A stretch of DNA of 64,000 nucleotides from Xylographa opegraphella. Lineage: Eukaryota. Where the stretch lies: positions 310,001 through 374,000 of the forward strand of contig JALDZX010000008.1 of NCBI GenBank assembly GCA_022813865.1, in the 5' to 3' direction. This document shows, one piece after another, positions 21,379 to 34,366 of this stretch (its first letter is position 1; each line of letters opens with the position of its first letter). The position numbers and the translations under genes were made by a program. The notes below the pieces were generated by a model. It ran no database searches. It had not been told where the DNA came from and saw only the letters and a list, made by a program, of their open reading frames with translations.

Positions 21379-24059
21379 TCATCCTTCCCTCACATCATGC
21401 ACAACTCTCCGGACTCGAGGTGTTTGCGGAACGGGAGAGTCGGAAGGATCGGGCGGCGAAACCGAATAGTTGGGCCCGGATCCTGTCCCGGACGGATAGA
21501 CCGTGTACTGCGTAACTGTGTACGTGTGTCCTGTGGTTATGTAGCTCGTGAACACAGACTGTGTCGTGGCATAGATAGTCGTGGTTGTTGAATCAACAGC
21601 TGTTGTTGTCACCGTGATTGGTATCGTGGTAGTGATCGTCTCTAGCGTAGTATCTGTGGTAGTAAGAGTTCCTAAAGTCTCCGTGGTCAAAAACTCGGTT
21701 GTGACTACTGTAACCTATATCGACCAGACACTGATCAGCCGTGGCCCATTCGGAATAGAGAATGAGTTTTCATACAACGTAGTATGGATAGGAGGTATTG
21801 CCACTCATTGAGTAGTCAGTGCGTGTACCAGGCTCAAGACTTGGAGGGGGTGGAGTTGTATAGCTCAACGATGATCCGTTGCTCACAGTCGTGATTGTGA
21901 GGGTTGAAGTAGAGAGGGCGGTAGGTGACGATGTTAAATTTCCCGAATTCATACTCGTAGCATTGCTATATGGATTATGGTTAGAAGAAATCCAACAAGG
22001 CACGAACGAGAACTCACATAGATATTATGGGTGACACAGAGGGGCCAATAGTAATATTCATCAATGACGAGGGAATTAGAGACGCGGTACTGGCAAAAGT
22101 CGTCGTGTTCGGGAGACCTGTTGACAATAGTACTCCACTTGAAGCAGACGTGGTACCATTCCATACTCCTGTAAAGATAGAGCTCGATGATTTTCCAGTC
22201 GACGGATAAAACGTCACATTAGAAATACCAGTTGAGAGAGGGATGAGAGAGCTATATGGGAATGACGTCGTATTTGGATACCCTGTTGGCATTCCGCTTG
22301 AAGCAGAAAACGCTGTATTAGTTGTACCCGTCGAAAGAGGAACTATGCTTGAACCAGTGCCCGACGAGGTTACATTAGGACTGAACGTCGAAAGCGGAGC
22401 AGTTGGACCGACAGAGCTACTTATATTCCCAGAGGAAGTCGGCAAAGTCAGTGAGCCAGTCACTGTAACCGTGCCATTCATGTCAATGGTAATCACCGAT
22501 GTACTGTTGATGCTAGTAACAACTGCCGTTGTGAAATTTACCTCGGTCGTAGTAGTAACGAGAGCAGTTGTGAAAACCGTTGATGTTACGTTTCCTGTCA
22601 GTGCACTCCCATTTGTTGTAGGAGTGGGTGCTGAGATAATGCTTCCGCTCTCGGGTTGGCCAGTAATACTGAAAGTTCCAGAATTGTACGAGATTGAGCT
22701 GGAAGAGCTTGGAGGAGATGAAGGGGTGATGATTGGAAGCCCACTGGTACCAGAAGACGTGACGTTCGAGATAGTGCTAACACTGAAAAGTGTGCTCGTA
22801 TCTGACGACGAGGGACTCGAGCTGGAAATCGTGCTTGGTAGAGTTGAGTTACTTGCTGTGATTGTTGAGGTGGAAAGTGACGTGCTAATTGTAGAGATTA
22901 AAGCGATCGAGGAAGCGTTACTTGGTACGGGTAATGAAGAAGTCGACGGTACGGGGAAAGCTGAGGAGGAATTCAGTCCAATTGTGGAGAAGGAGCTTGA
23001 ATAAGTTGAGGAAAATGCCGATGATATTAGTGTAACAGTTGTGGTTGTAACGTCCATATCTGTGGTTACAACATCGGTATATTGATAGTTGATCGCAGTT
23101 ATGGTTGTGGACTATTATGTTATACCTGTCTCAGCTGCATTACCCTTAGATTGATAGTGATTGCAATACTTACGATTGTAGTTGTGACAAATGCTGTTGA
23201 GGTCCCTGGCGTAGGAAATTGACAAGAACACGCGGAGGAGATACCGGAGATAAGAGCCGTTTGGTTACAGGCATTACTTTCAAGTACCAGAAGCGGATGG
23301 TCTCCACCCAAGGTCACCGCAGCTGTTGTCTGTGGGCTGCGTTTACGATTGCGAAACAGATCAACCTCGGTCACTGTGGTAGTAACGGTAGATGTGGCAA
23401 TAGTAGTGGTAGATGTCCCGGTTGTATGTGTTCCAGGAAGTGTGGTTGTTGTGGCCCTTTTACGGTCAGTAGAATTCAGCAGTTGTTGATGAAGTAGAAA
23501 CAAACGCATAGACGGTATCAGCATATATCGTAGACACGATTGATGGAATAGAGAGAAAGGATGCACAGAATGACTGGACCTCAGTGGAGGAGACCTCCGA
23601 AAAGGCTGAGTAGTAACTGTCCAAAACACAGACTTGCCCAGGAGGCTGCGAAGCGGTCGCGATGGCGTTGGTGGTGGCGGCAGCTGTAATGACGTCGCTG
23701 CTAACGAAAGTAACATTGGGCTGAAGCAGTATAGTGGTAGCAGGGGAAGGTGTCGTGGTGTTTGACGGTATGGCAGTAGGAGTCAAGAGAACGCCTATAT
23801 CATTGGCTGAAGTTTGCGTCAAGGTTGGGATATCGATCGTTGTAGTTACATCAGTCGTATCTGTAACTATACCGGTCAAAGTAGCGGTAAAAGTATCTGT
23901 TAAAGTGTCCGTCTCATAAACCGTTGTGTATACCATTGTACTATCTTGTCGTCGGTTAAGTTTGGGAAAGCCATTAAGAGCAGCTGGCCACGCAAAGGCT
24001 GAATATGAGAATGAAAGCAGTACGAAGACAGAAACTAAGCTAGAGAGCGGAGTGTGCAT
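21379..24059 (-). CDS. Secreted Ser/Thr-rich mucin-like cell-surface protein, multi-exon
   Basis: Signal peptide MHTPLSSLVSVFVLLSFSYSAFA; long Thr/Ser tracts; SFCASFL and ISSACSC motifs; dibasic RR/KR sites. The ORF pieces are joined by plausible introns. Confidence 0.8.
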
Positions 24060-24632
24060 TGTGGACCAACTTGAAGTTGCTCAAGGAGCAAAAGAGTGAC
24101 TTGAGATAGGAGCGAAGGACGACACCAGTCTGTGATGACAGATTGGTAGATGAGACGACACAACCATTCTATATAGAGCAAAGATATAGATTCCATGTAG
24201 AGGCTGAGGAGCCTCGACCGTAGTACCTCGCATTGAAGCTCGTATAACATCTGGGCTGGTCATCCCTCCGGAAATGTTTCAGCTGTGCATACCACACTGC
24301 AAATCGCACGGACTGATGTATTTGCATACCACAAGATACCGCACGCGCAAGGGAAGCAGAAAAGTGATACAGCATCGTTATCATTTGACGTCAGCGAGCT
24401 CATGACGAAGGCGACCATAGCAGCGACTGTTGGAAATATCTTCACCAGAGTAAGCTAGGTGACACAGCAGTGTGTGATTAATGGAGTAGAAAAGACATTT
24501 CCCTGGTGCCAAGACTTACTAGTCCACTTTTGGCGCTCAGGTACCAAAATACCGAGGCCCGATCGCCAACCTCGTCCTTGTACTCAGCACACCCCAGATG
24601 CATTGACAGTGTGAAAGCTACACTTACATTCC

Positions 24633-25225
24633 ATGGGGGCCGTTTCCTCCTGCCTTGGAGGGCGGAAGACTGAGCCAGAGGTACCTTGACGAGCCCCTCC
24701 AACCTTCTCTGTGCTAATCTCCTCCCTTGCGCGCAGGACGCCGAGACATCGCGCCTCTTGTCTGATGATCCCTATCGGGCCCAGTATGGCTCGCACATCC
24801 AGAACATACAGCGGCTGGTGTATCAGCCAAATCCCGAATCGGTGAAGAGGGAGAGGGAAGCTCTGGAGAACATCTGCCATGCAATGTCCGAGTCAGTGGG
24901 ACTTGAGTTCTTCGTGGTTGTCAATGCTGAGACGATGCATATAGTAATGTCATCGACGTCTTCACTATCCAACCTCAGACATCATATCAAAGTGAGGAGC
25001 GCCATGCATGAGCGATAGACATACCTGACCTCTACAGATCAATCTTTTTCAGAGAGCTCTACCGGGCTGAAGACTGTCCCGCACGGAGGAACACCATCGG
25101 ATGCATCCGATGAGATGAGGCAGATGATGTTGCGAACTATCAAGAAGGGTCGAGGTGGGCCTATAGTCACAACGCTGGGCAGAGGTGCAGTGGCTTCCAG
25201 GGCCGTCCAAGAGGCTATTGGTTGA
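24633..25225 (+). CDS. Ego1/Meh1/LAMTOR1-like lipid-anchored Rag GTPase scaffold, 4 exons
   Basis: Reconstructed as MGAVSSCLGGRKTEPE|DAETSRLLSDDPY...REREALENICHAMS|DNVIDVF...|...KKGRGGPIVTTL...*. It has an N-myristoylation Gly plus Cys, an ETSRLL dileucine motif and the NVIDV motif. Confidence 0.72.
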
Positions 25226-28200
25226 GCATCGAGACATCACAACTTAGGCTTAAAACGCTCGAAACTCAAAATAGACCTACCTTTCGCGGAAGGGATCAGC
25301 CTCAGTAAAAGAATGTGCGCTGGATCATGCACAATCAACGGATTTCTGCGGCAGACGGCTGAAGCGTTCGGGCATTTGAAAGAGCAAATGTGTATCAGCG
25401 GAGAATACGGGACCGGCTGTTCTTGTTCGCTATGATCACTCGGCGGCACTGCATGATGCCTTGGGGAACGTACCCGGAGATCATTACGGGCATTGCACGT
25501 TCCGGTGGAAGAGGAAGTATGGGCATAAGCATGCACTATTATGGTCATCGGGCACATACTTGGTTCTATTCCTGAGATCTGAAGTGGGGTGGAAGTTCAT
25601 GAAATATGTTTCTCGATTCAAGAGTTTGCTTGCTATCTACTCTAGATTCAAATCATGACCGTTCGATACTCTTCATTAGTCGAACGCGTGTTTCTCTACT
25701 TACCCGTTCGAGCATTGACCATTACTGTGATATATTGAAGGTATCAACAGCCTTGAGTTCCATGATCAAGATACCCACACAGCGGAGATGAAGCATTCTT
25801 AGCCTGGCGTGGTCATCTTCGGCATGTTGGAATATCCGAAGGCAGCTTACTAGAAACCTCTTCGAAACGACGAGGCTAAGCACAGCCGACGTGTTCGAAG
25901 GGGCATTGTTGAGAACCCTAGATAGCCATATCAACGATGCTATGTATTTGTCCTAGGCAGCTGGATTCGTTGTTAATGGACATACAGGCATCAATTGAAG
26001 AACGCAGTGGAGTTACGGAGGCAGGGAGAAAGGCTGCAAGGATATGGCACGCTTGACAAAAAGCGGATACATTCAGGCAATGGAAAAATGCTGCAGGCCA
26101 AGGACAATCAGGCAACATAGTTCTCGTGATGACGCCCAAGTGTGGCATGGATGCAAAGACGTCAACACAACGTCAGGGTCACCCTAGATATCGCAGGTGC
26201 TATGAAGCATGATAGACCAAAGCCACGTGAGATATCGTCTTTTGTATGGTCATCGACACTTGGGGTAACCACAGTTGCAAGGCCAGCCTGGTGGCGCGGA
26301 GAAGGTTACCATAAATGATAACGGAAGGGATAATAATTAGCGCAAGCAGCGGTATCTGCTGGGTGGAACAGTCGACGGTGTGACCACTGTTATGTTGCTG
26401 GAGCTGATTGGTAGGACAAGACGTATTCCTAGTAGGGAAAAACAGGAATCGACGATGTTTCTTGTCACCTGCGTCCGCAGTCGATGGTAATAATGCCATT
26501 CCTTAATGCGGACAAATTAGCGCCGAGACCCAACCACGTTCCGGTCCACTTGTTTCATCCAATCATCAGAGCCGTGCACAGGCCCTTTCTCTTCTGGCGG
26601 ATTAAATCCGATAGGACGGTGGCAGATCTAGTATATTCAGTCATTGGCTGTCGTCGCCTGGAGTTGTCACCCTATCAGCACGCTTGGATGGCGAAATCGG
26701 AGTGGATGCATGTAGTCTAATTTTTTCAGACCCTATTGGAGGCCGCTCATTTGTTGACATGTTGCGTACCCGACATGTCGCGAACGCAGCGCTTTCTTCT
26801 CACATGTTCTGAACGGACCCAGCACAAGGGAACAAGCGTCATGCCGTGCATAGCGTGCATGAGGTAAATTTCAACGTTCAACGACTTCAAAAATTCTCAT
26901 TATGCACAAACGACGACAATTGATGCTAACAGAATATCCAGAACAAGTAAACATGACGTGACAAACGTTGCTAGATCAACTGCGATCTTCTTTGCCTGGC
27001 TAAGCCGGGTTTCGGTCTCACTATATGCTGCAGGCTACTGGGGCACAGTCGATGTAACGACAGCCAGCAATCCTTCGACCCTCTTGCGCGCCTTTTGCCT
27101 TGATGTTCGCTTTTCATCTCGTCATAGAACTGATGGCGCTTTCAACAAACCCCGTGTGTCGATCCCAAGTAGACAAGTGCTACTTTGCAGTCCGTCGAGG
27201 CCGTGATGCGAGAGTATTCGAAAGGGGCTGATTGGCTTTTTCCAAGGCTTGTCGTGCTGTGTTGGTAAGTATGGTCGATCCACGGCAAATGTACAGATGA
27301 TAAGACTCATGATGGCTGGTAGCGTCGTAAGCCCCGACTGCCACAAGACGAATGACGGAGTAATTGCTTGATCACCCATGTGAGATACCATGGATCAAGC
27401 ATTCGGAACGTGAGCACGCACAGTCATTGAGACTGAAGCACATGCCAGCATGTTGAAGGTAAGTCGTAGAACCAAGCCTATCAGGTGAAAGTGGTTGTAT
27501 GCCGCAACGCTGATCCTCACAGGAGAAGCAGACTACTTGGAAGAGTCCTTGCACACTGCTGGGGGCTGAAAAAATCTTCTCTCACGTTAGCCCGATCAGC
27601 GGCGTCATCTGGAAAAGAAAGTCCATGGACGGCGGTGCGTAGCGTGAGGGGCTGGGGAAAAGAGTGTGCCTGCTATCCTTTGTGGTTCGTTGGCTGAGAT
27701 GGAATGGTTCGGCTCGTGGACATCTAGAGATTTTCGAGGGTTCTCAACCGCCTGAACCTTAGTTTTGAGGCACTTGCATCCGGTGTAATACCGACCCCAG
27801 CTAGGTGGCAGATAAGGTCATGATGGGTGAATAAGACAACAGAATGTAGCTTGGACATCCCTGGTAGATTTTAAGCCACGATAGAATCAAGAATGGGAAA
27901 CTAGACATGATGTTAGGAACAGCGAAAAAATTTCGAAAACAACCGGACATGAATGAAATTTTTGCAGATCCAATCATGATCAGGACATTCAGGCAAAACA
28001 ACGGTTCTATTCGGCATTACGCCCAAAGTAAGAGAGACCTTGTCCATTGCCAAAGCGATTTTAGCAGCAAATTATATGGTAAGCGTAACAGCTTTTGTGC
28101 TTCAGTCAGTTGTCCGACTCGATGATCGGCTGGGAGCATAGAGACGATAACAAGCTAACGACCAGCATGGATGCTTCTTGCGGATAACAATGATCCCGTG

Positions 28201-29069
28201 CTTGAAGGCCGTTTGAACCTGCCCAGGGAGCTGCAGATGGCTTCCAATGATGTTACAGGATGGTTGCCTTCTCCCGTCGAAGTCCGGGAAGGGGCGTAGA
28301 TCAGCTCCTCATGTGATGCGTAAGAATTGTCAGCCCATATGCAACCTAAGCTGGTGTACTTCGGAAGGAATCTGCTCAGAGTCTAGCCCGGTCTTGATAT
28401 TGAATACTATCAAGGACATGATAGCTTCTCGTTGTTTGAGTGGATAGTTCGAGAAACACAGAAGCCGCTATTTCACCACTTCCTTGAGGGTAACACCGTC
28501 CGTAATGGTTGTTCAGCTCTGAATGTCTCCGCCAAGCCTGCTAGCCGTGGGTATGTGGGACTTCCAGGCTCGGCTGAACTGATCAGACAAAGCATGATTG
28601 GTGGTGCTACCACAGGGAGTAGGAGAACTGCATCCGAGGATTTGCGGATGCAACGGAACCAGGAAGATGAGGAGGGTCTGTGCCAATAGCAACTTGATCA
28701 ATAACAGACGAAGAAGAAGGCAGAGATATCCACCACGCACCCACCACGCATAAATACCTGGATGAGTCTCCTGTTTCGTCTTCCTTTCCAAAGTATACAC
28801 ACTCAAGTCCACAGAAATCCCTACCTCGTCCTTAAGATTCTTGATCTCAAACCCGAGTAGGTCTCAGAATTCTGTTCTGTTAGAAGCTCGCCCTTGTATT
28901 TGAAAAAGGATTGGGATCTAATGACTTTATAGAAAGAAGGGACAAGTCTTCTGCTAAGAGTGAGAAAGTGAAACTACAAAGACTGCAATTCTCAAACAAG
29001 TCCCGTGAGTAGACCGTGTGCTCTAGGTAATTGTGGACATAGCTGAAACCTGCATAGGCAAGCTCAAAC

Positions 29070-29402
29070 ATGTGCTTCTTTGATCAACACAGATTCCAAT
29101 GTGGTGATTGGAAATGGGGACATTTCCGACAGCATTGCAATAGAGAATATCGAACAGGTGAAACCTGTGGCATGAAACTCATCATGCAGACCGTTCCCGT
29201 GAGCCAGAAATGCAAATTGTGCGACAAGATAGAAACGAAACACAGACGGAAGTCGGCAGAGATGGAGAGAATCAGCCGTTGGCAGAGAGAGGCTGGCAGA
29301 TTTAGCGCGTCGATTGACCGTTCTTGGGATATTGTCAGGGCTCTGGAGAAGGAGATTGCTGATCTCGGATACGAGCGTCAGAGGAGGCTCCAAGCGATCT
29401 AG
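29070..29402 (+). CDS. Small Cys-rich hypothetical protein (110 aa) with C-terminal coiled coil
   Basis: Good start context (caaacATG). MCFFDQHRFQCGDWKWG..RQHC..EYRTGETCGMKL...C..C resembles a Pezizomycotina hypothetical family I recall. Confidence 0.8.
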   Translation: MCFFDQHRFQCGDWKWGHFRQHCNREYRTGETCGMKLIMQTVPVSQKCKLCDKIETKHRRKSAEMERISRWQREAGRFSASIDRSWDIVRALEKEIADLGYERQRRLQAI

Positions 29403-30566
29403 CAGTCTCGGTCAATCTTGATGGACAAAATTTCTTTGGAGATAGTAGGGATAGCGGCGCCTCTTCTTTCAGTATTCCAGCATTCTTACTGGTGGTCATC
29501 ATCTCCAGCCAGGCATTCAGTACATGATGGATACTTTTTGCTCTCTGATAGTGCCGTTAACGTTGCTGGTGAATGATTGACCAATCCCTAAATGATTTGC
29601 GATGAGCTCTAACGTCTCATGTCCATTCGTGCTATTGGGTAGCCGCCGGCCAGGTCGGCGGCCAGTTTGCTGGCCACGAGGATCCTCCGAAACCGGCAAG
29701 TACGCATAGAGCACTGAGTGCAATGTCATTGCTCTATATCGATGAATTGGAGAGATATCAATAGAGAACCGTTTCTCAGATGATATGCGCATTATGAAAA
29801 GTGGATGAATGATTTGCACAACTGAGGTTTGTTGTTAAGGTACGTGGCATACCTGGTGGGAAAATATGTTCATGTGTGAGTAGCGTGACGAGTTGTACTG
29901 ACTCCCGGGATGTGGTGTACGATGTCTATCTAACCTAGGTATGTTCGTTGAATACAATTTTATTAATACGCCATGAAGGACAAGCACGGTTTTTATTTGT
30001 CTTTGAAGCTAAAACCTCACAATTCGGCAAACTTTCAGGAGAACATGATCACATGTCATTCATTATGTCTGTAGCAGTAACCGGGCAGTTCCTGGCGACT
30101 CCAACCACTTCATGGGCTGGAACAGCTAATAGAGATGGTGACCCAAATGTAATAATGTTGCCCACATACGTTTTGGTAGTATTGTATACGACAGCCCGTA
30201 AGGAATTCTCAAAGAAGTTCTGACATAACACATAGATATGTGTCGAATATAATCGAAAGTGGACCACATATATGAGCATTGGCTGCGGAGCATCGAATAC
30301 ATGGTGACCGTTGAGATTTCCAAAGGGGAGTATTGTCTATGTAGTTCTGGAAGGCGGAGTTAAGTATGGAAGAGTAGCTGACAATCCGAGAATCTATGAT
30401 TATAGTTGCGTTGAACAAAGGTGGACGAAGAGGTACACGTTATCAGCAGCACGTTTCTGTATCACCGCAATGCAATCAGCAGTATTCTGTAGGTAATTAC
30501 TGAGATTGCCCCAATCTACCAAGGTACCATGCGCCAGGACACCAGTTTCGCTACCAGCACACGTGC

Positions 30567-31470
30567 TCAACCAGTATCTGCTTCTTCGGCTTTAGCTAGT
30601 CCGTGCTCTTTAAGCAAAGTTGTTATTTCGTCCGCGCCCCAGAGGTGATGGTAGACCTTTCCGTCGGGGGTCCTCCCTACTGTAGCAAATTCGACTGTCT
30701 AATCGTCAGCTCCACACTGTCTAAGGGTCCACAAAAACATACTTTTCTCACTGCTGAGCTTCGTCGAGTCCATAGTCTTGCTGAGCACTTTCACAGCCAG
30801 GCCACATGCCTCCTTGAGATCGCAGTCCTCCTTGTAATCCTGCTTCAGCAGACTTTGCGCACTTGCGTTATTTGCGCCGACACTAGTTGCTTTCCATCCA
30901 CCATAGTTGCCGCTGGGATTGCTTTGGTAGAGTTGGAACTGCCGATGAGGGTCGTAACCGGCGTATATAAATGACACACCAAAGGGTCGAAGTCCACCAT
31001 GCTGTGTATAGCCTTGCTTTAAATCGCATAATCTTCGGACAAGCTGTTCGCACGGGATGTCTTCATTGTAAGTAAGAAGATATCGTTGTGCAGCTTGCCG
31101 AGCATAATTGATGAGGATATTCGCATCAGCGGTCATGCCAGCCACAGCGCAGATCATGTTGCTGACTTGAATCAGCTTCAGTAACCTGCAATCCTGGTTC
31201 CAGGTGTGTTACTCATTTAGTATATACAGCTTTTCCGCTGATGTGTCCTGCTCCAACAGCTTGCTAGTGACTTTTCTCTCTGCGGCAAGCACGATTCCAT
31301 CATTAGCAAGTATACCGATAGCTGTCCCAGCAAGAGAAATCGCCTCTAAGGCATATTCAACTTGATATAGTCGTCCTTCCGGAGAGAAGATGGTTGTCTA
31401 AGAGCTTATATAAGCTTATTCTACTTCATCAATGTGGACATCATACCCGCGAGTCATATCTCCGCGACAT
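30567..31470 (-). CDS. PRE9: 20S proteasome subunit alpha-3, multi-exon
   Basis: [37 protein letters not shown] and [12 protein letters not shown] motifs. Confidence 0.97.
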
Positions 31471-33369
31471 ATTGGAAAAGAGCAGTCGAGGCGAATAGAG
31501 CTGGAGGCTTTCTGAGGGTTGAGCTGGCGGTGTAGGCTCTTTTTACGTATAACTTCTATAGCAAGTTGGAAGGCTTCTCCAGACGACGCGTTTCGCCAAG
31601 ACCACTAGTGTCTGCTCAGAAGACAAGGGTTAATATCGATGTACACCTCCAGACTGCACCTACTTTCTACTTCGTTTTTCTGGAAGAGGTGCTACTGGAG
31701 GACTGGGAAATGACCGTATAGAATGAGTTGAATTTGACGTCCAATTTGTCTGTGTGATGGTTACAGAAAGGCCGATTGCCCCGAATTATTCAAGCAGTGA
31801 ATAGTGATAGAGAAATATACGTTCCCGTTCTCAACTACTCAACGTGGACGAAGTCCTTCGAAGTTTGAAAACATTCGGTTTTCAATATCAATAACAGAAA
31901 TGCGAGATACGTCTGACTAGCTGCCCATTAAGAGGGCGATATTGTTTAATTCCTTGGGATATTGCAGACTATAGTTAGGCTGGTCGTGTGAACATTACAC
32001 TTGGAAGGATATTTAACCTAACAGATTGAAAACTTCTTCACTCGTTCGGACGCCCCGACCTGGAATTAGCGTTCAGTGATGAGGTAAGCTGCTCATCATC
32101 TTCAGCTAGCATCCATGCTATACATGTATAGCACTGCTGTGATCAGAGTCTCTTTTTGCTGTACCAACATGCCCGTAGAAAATCCCAATGTTGCTGAAGC
32201 CCGACATGTGCATCACGAAGCTGAGTATCGACAACCCTCTCGATAATTTGACAGTCCCATGATACTGGCTTCCATACCTTGTGCTCGTTTTGGCGTTGTC
32301 CCGGGTAAGGAGACGTTTTGCGAAAGCAGTTGTCTTCCTCTGGCAAATGTGTTGACGCCATCGTAAATATACTAACGAAAGTACTCGGATGCAATCGTGG
32401 ACACCTGGAATCTCATTCCGACGAAATGGTTTTAGATTTCAACAATAAAAGTTGAGAATTCGCGTTTCTTAGTTCAAATACCTCTGAGAAAATCTGCTCT
32501 TGTCTAGCCAATGCGCGCGTGATGAAAATTTTGTAGGCACAACCGAATTTTCATCCCGGGTCGCCGTGAGATATCTAAATCGAGCCTGTCATCTTTCTAG
32601 AACATACTGGGCCCAACGCATGAACAATCAACACAACACTGCTTTCATTGATATTAGTATAGCATTCAAGGTCCAATGGAGGGTAGTCGTGTTCAAATGC
32701 AGTCACCGACACCTATGTACAGAGGATCAAGAGTGTCACGCACCTGTATTCGAAAGCCATACTAAATGTTTCGTGTGGCTGATTGTCGAAAATCTCACTT
32801 GCAGGCACAGTATCCTTGGCAGAATCGGAACGATGTTGCTATTCGGGATGATCGTGGCGTTTATCATGCTGCGACTCTTGAGCATGAGGGTCTGGCAACC
32901 ACTTGGGGCATTTTGCTTGGAGCAGTGGTGCAAGATCTGATTTAGACCCGGTGAATACGTCGAAGAGCCAATGACGTAGAAAACTGTTGAAGATAATTGG
33001 TATGCTCGCAAAGACAATCTTCTAAGGACTCCTGAGGATGACTGGGAATAATTCTCAAAGGCCATAGACTCATGTTGAACACTGACTCTTATACTGGGGA
33101 TAGACAAATAAGATCGAATTGTAAAAGAACAAATAGAAGACTGCGTCTTCGTTCGGAAGTTCCCAGAGCCCAGGTGTACTTAGACAGACACAGCTTTCAG
33201 TTCCGATGGATTTCGCTGGAGTGTCGATTTGAAAACCGACCAACTCCATACTCTCGTTCGATATTGCAGCGTTTGATTGTTAACGAGCTCTTCAGCTTTG
33301 CTCCCTGCAAAAAAGTCTCTTCTCCGCGTCCTCCATAGTAGGTGCTTTCAAGAAAACCGTTATAATGCC

Positions 33370-33600
33370 ATGGCATCTGGTTCTGGCTTAGGCAACTTTC
33401 TTGGATTAACACCAGAGATTCGTGTCCAAGTTGGGGAAAGTCTTGCTTTGTGGAAGAATCTAGAGACTTGGAAGCGTCTGTTTTGATTATGAACAATGAC
33501 CCTCCGCAAATGTGCGTTCACCATGTCACTCTGAGTGCCTTCAATCCAGGTTCTTTGTGCTATCGGTGCACAACCACCGTAACCAATAAATGACGACAGA
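33370..33600 (+). pseudogene. Possible degenerate gene remnant with an F-box-like N-terminal motif
   Basis: MASGSGLGNFLGLTPEIRVQV resembles FLxLPxEIRxxI, then stops at 33484. Lies in a gene-poor stretch of about 2.8 kb. Confidence 0.25.
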
Positions 33601-34366
33601 CAGTGTCAAGCTTCCCAACGATAAAACATACGATGAAGCAACTGCGGTAGGCACAATCGAAGAAGATTGGTACAGGGACACTTGGCACAACCGATGTCAC
33701 TCTAATGGAACTCTAATGGAGTCTCGCCTTTTGTTTAGGGCTGAATTTTTCAGAAAATGTGGAAAGAAAGTTTCTGTAGCGATCCGGTGATGAAATACGA
33801 ACATAGAAGTCATTGAGAAAGCTGCAGTTGTAAGGTGGATGGGCGACGATCAGAGAACTGTTAGTCGTCCAGAGCGACTGAACCGCAAGTTCGCCAAATT
33901 AGCTGAACTTGGGCGGGTCGTTAGACTACTAAGCATCTTGTACTTAAAGCAACACCTTCAATCGAAAATACGAGGCTATTGTCACTACCTGTTCACAGTG
34001 GTCGGGCTGAATATCCCTTCTCTCTTCCATGACAAGGGAGTTGGCCGGACGCTTTTTATAGCTTCATATTCTACAAATCGTAGAACCCTTTAGTGATGAT
34101 ATGTTTTCCCCTACTCGCAGAGCCGCGTAGTTTTAAGGGGGGAGCGGAAACTGAGGGAGTCTTTATTCTTATTCGGCAAGAATCACCCTCCGCCAAGTCT
34201 TTGAGCCTTACGATAGGTCCTGAGCTGTAAGGCTATCTGCAACCGGGTTCCTCGGTTATTTATCGGCCTGAGAAATAGAGTGTAAACCAAGGTACCGACC
34301 AAATACAGATACGGAGGGATCTACCCTAAGCACCTACGAATGAATTGAGGTGGAGGACTGATAGCT

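Noticed and set aside
22243..23004. 253-aa plus-strand ORF
   Set aside because: Antisense shadow of the Ser/Thr-rich gene.
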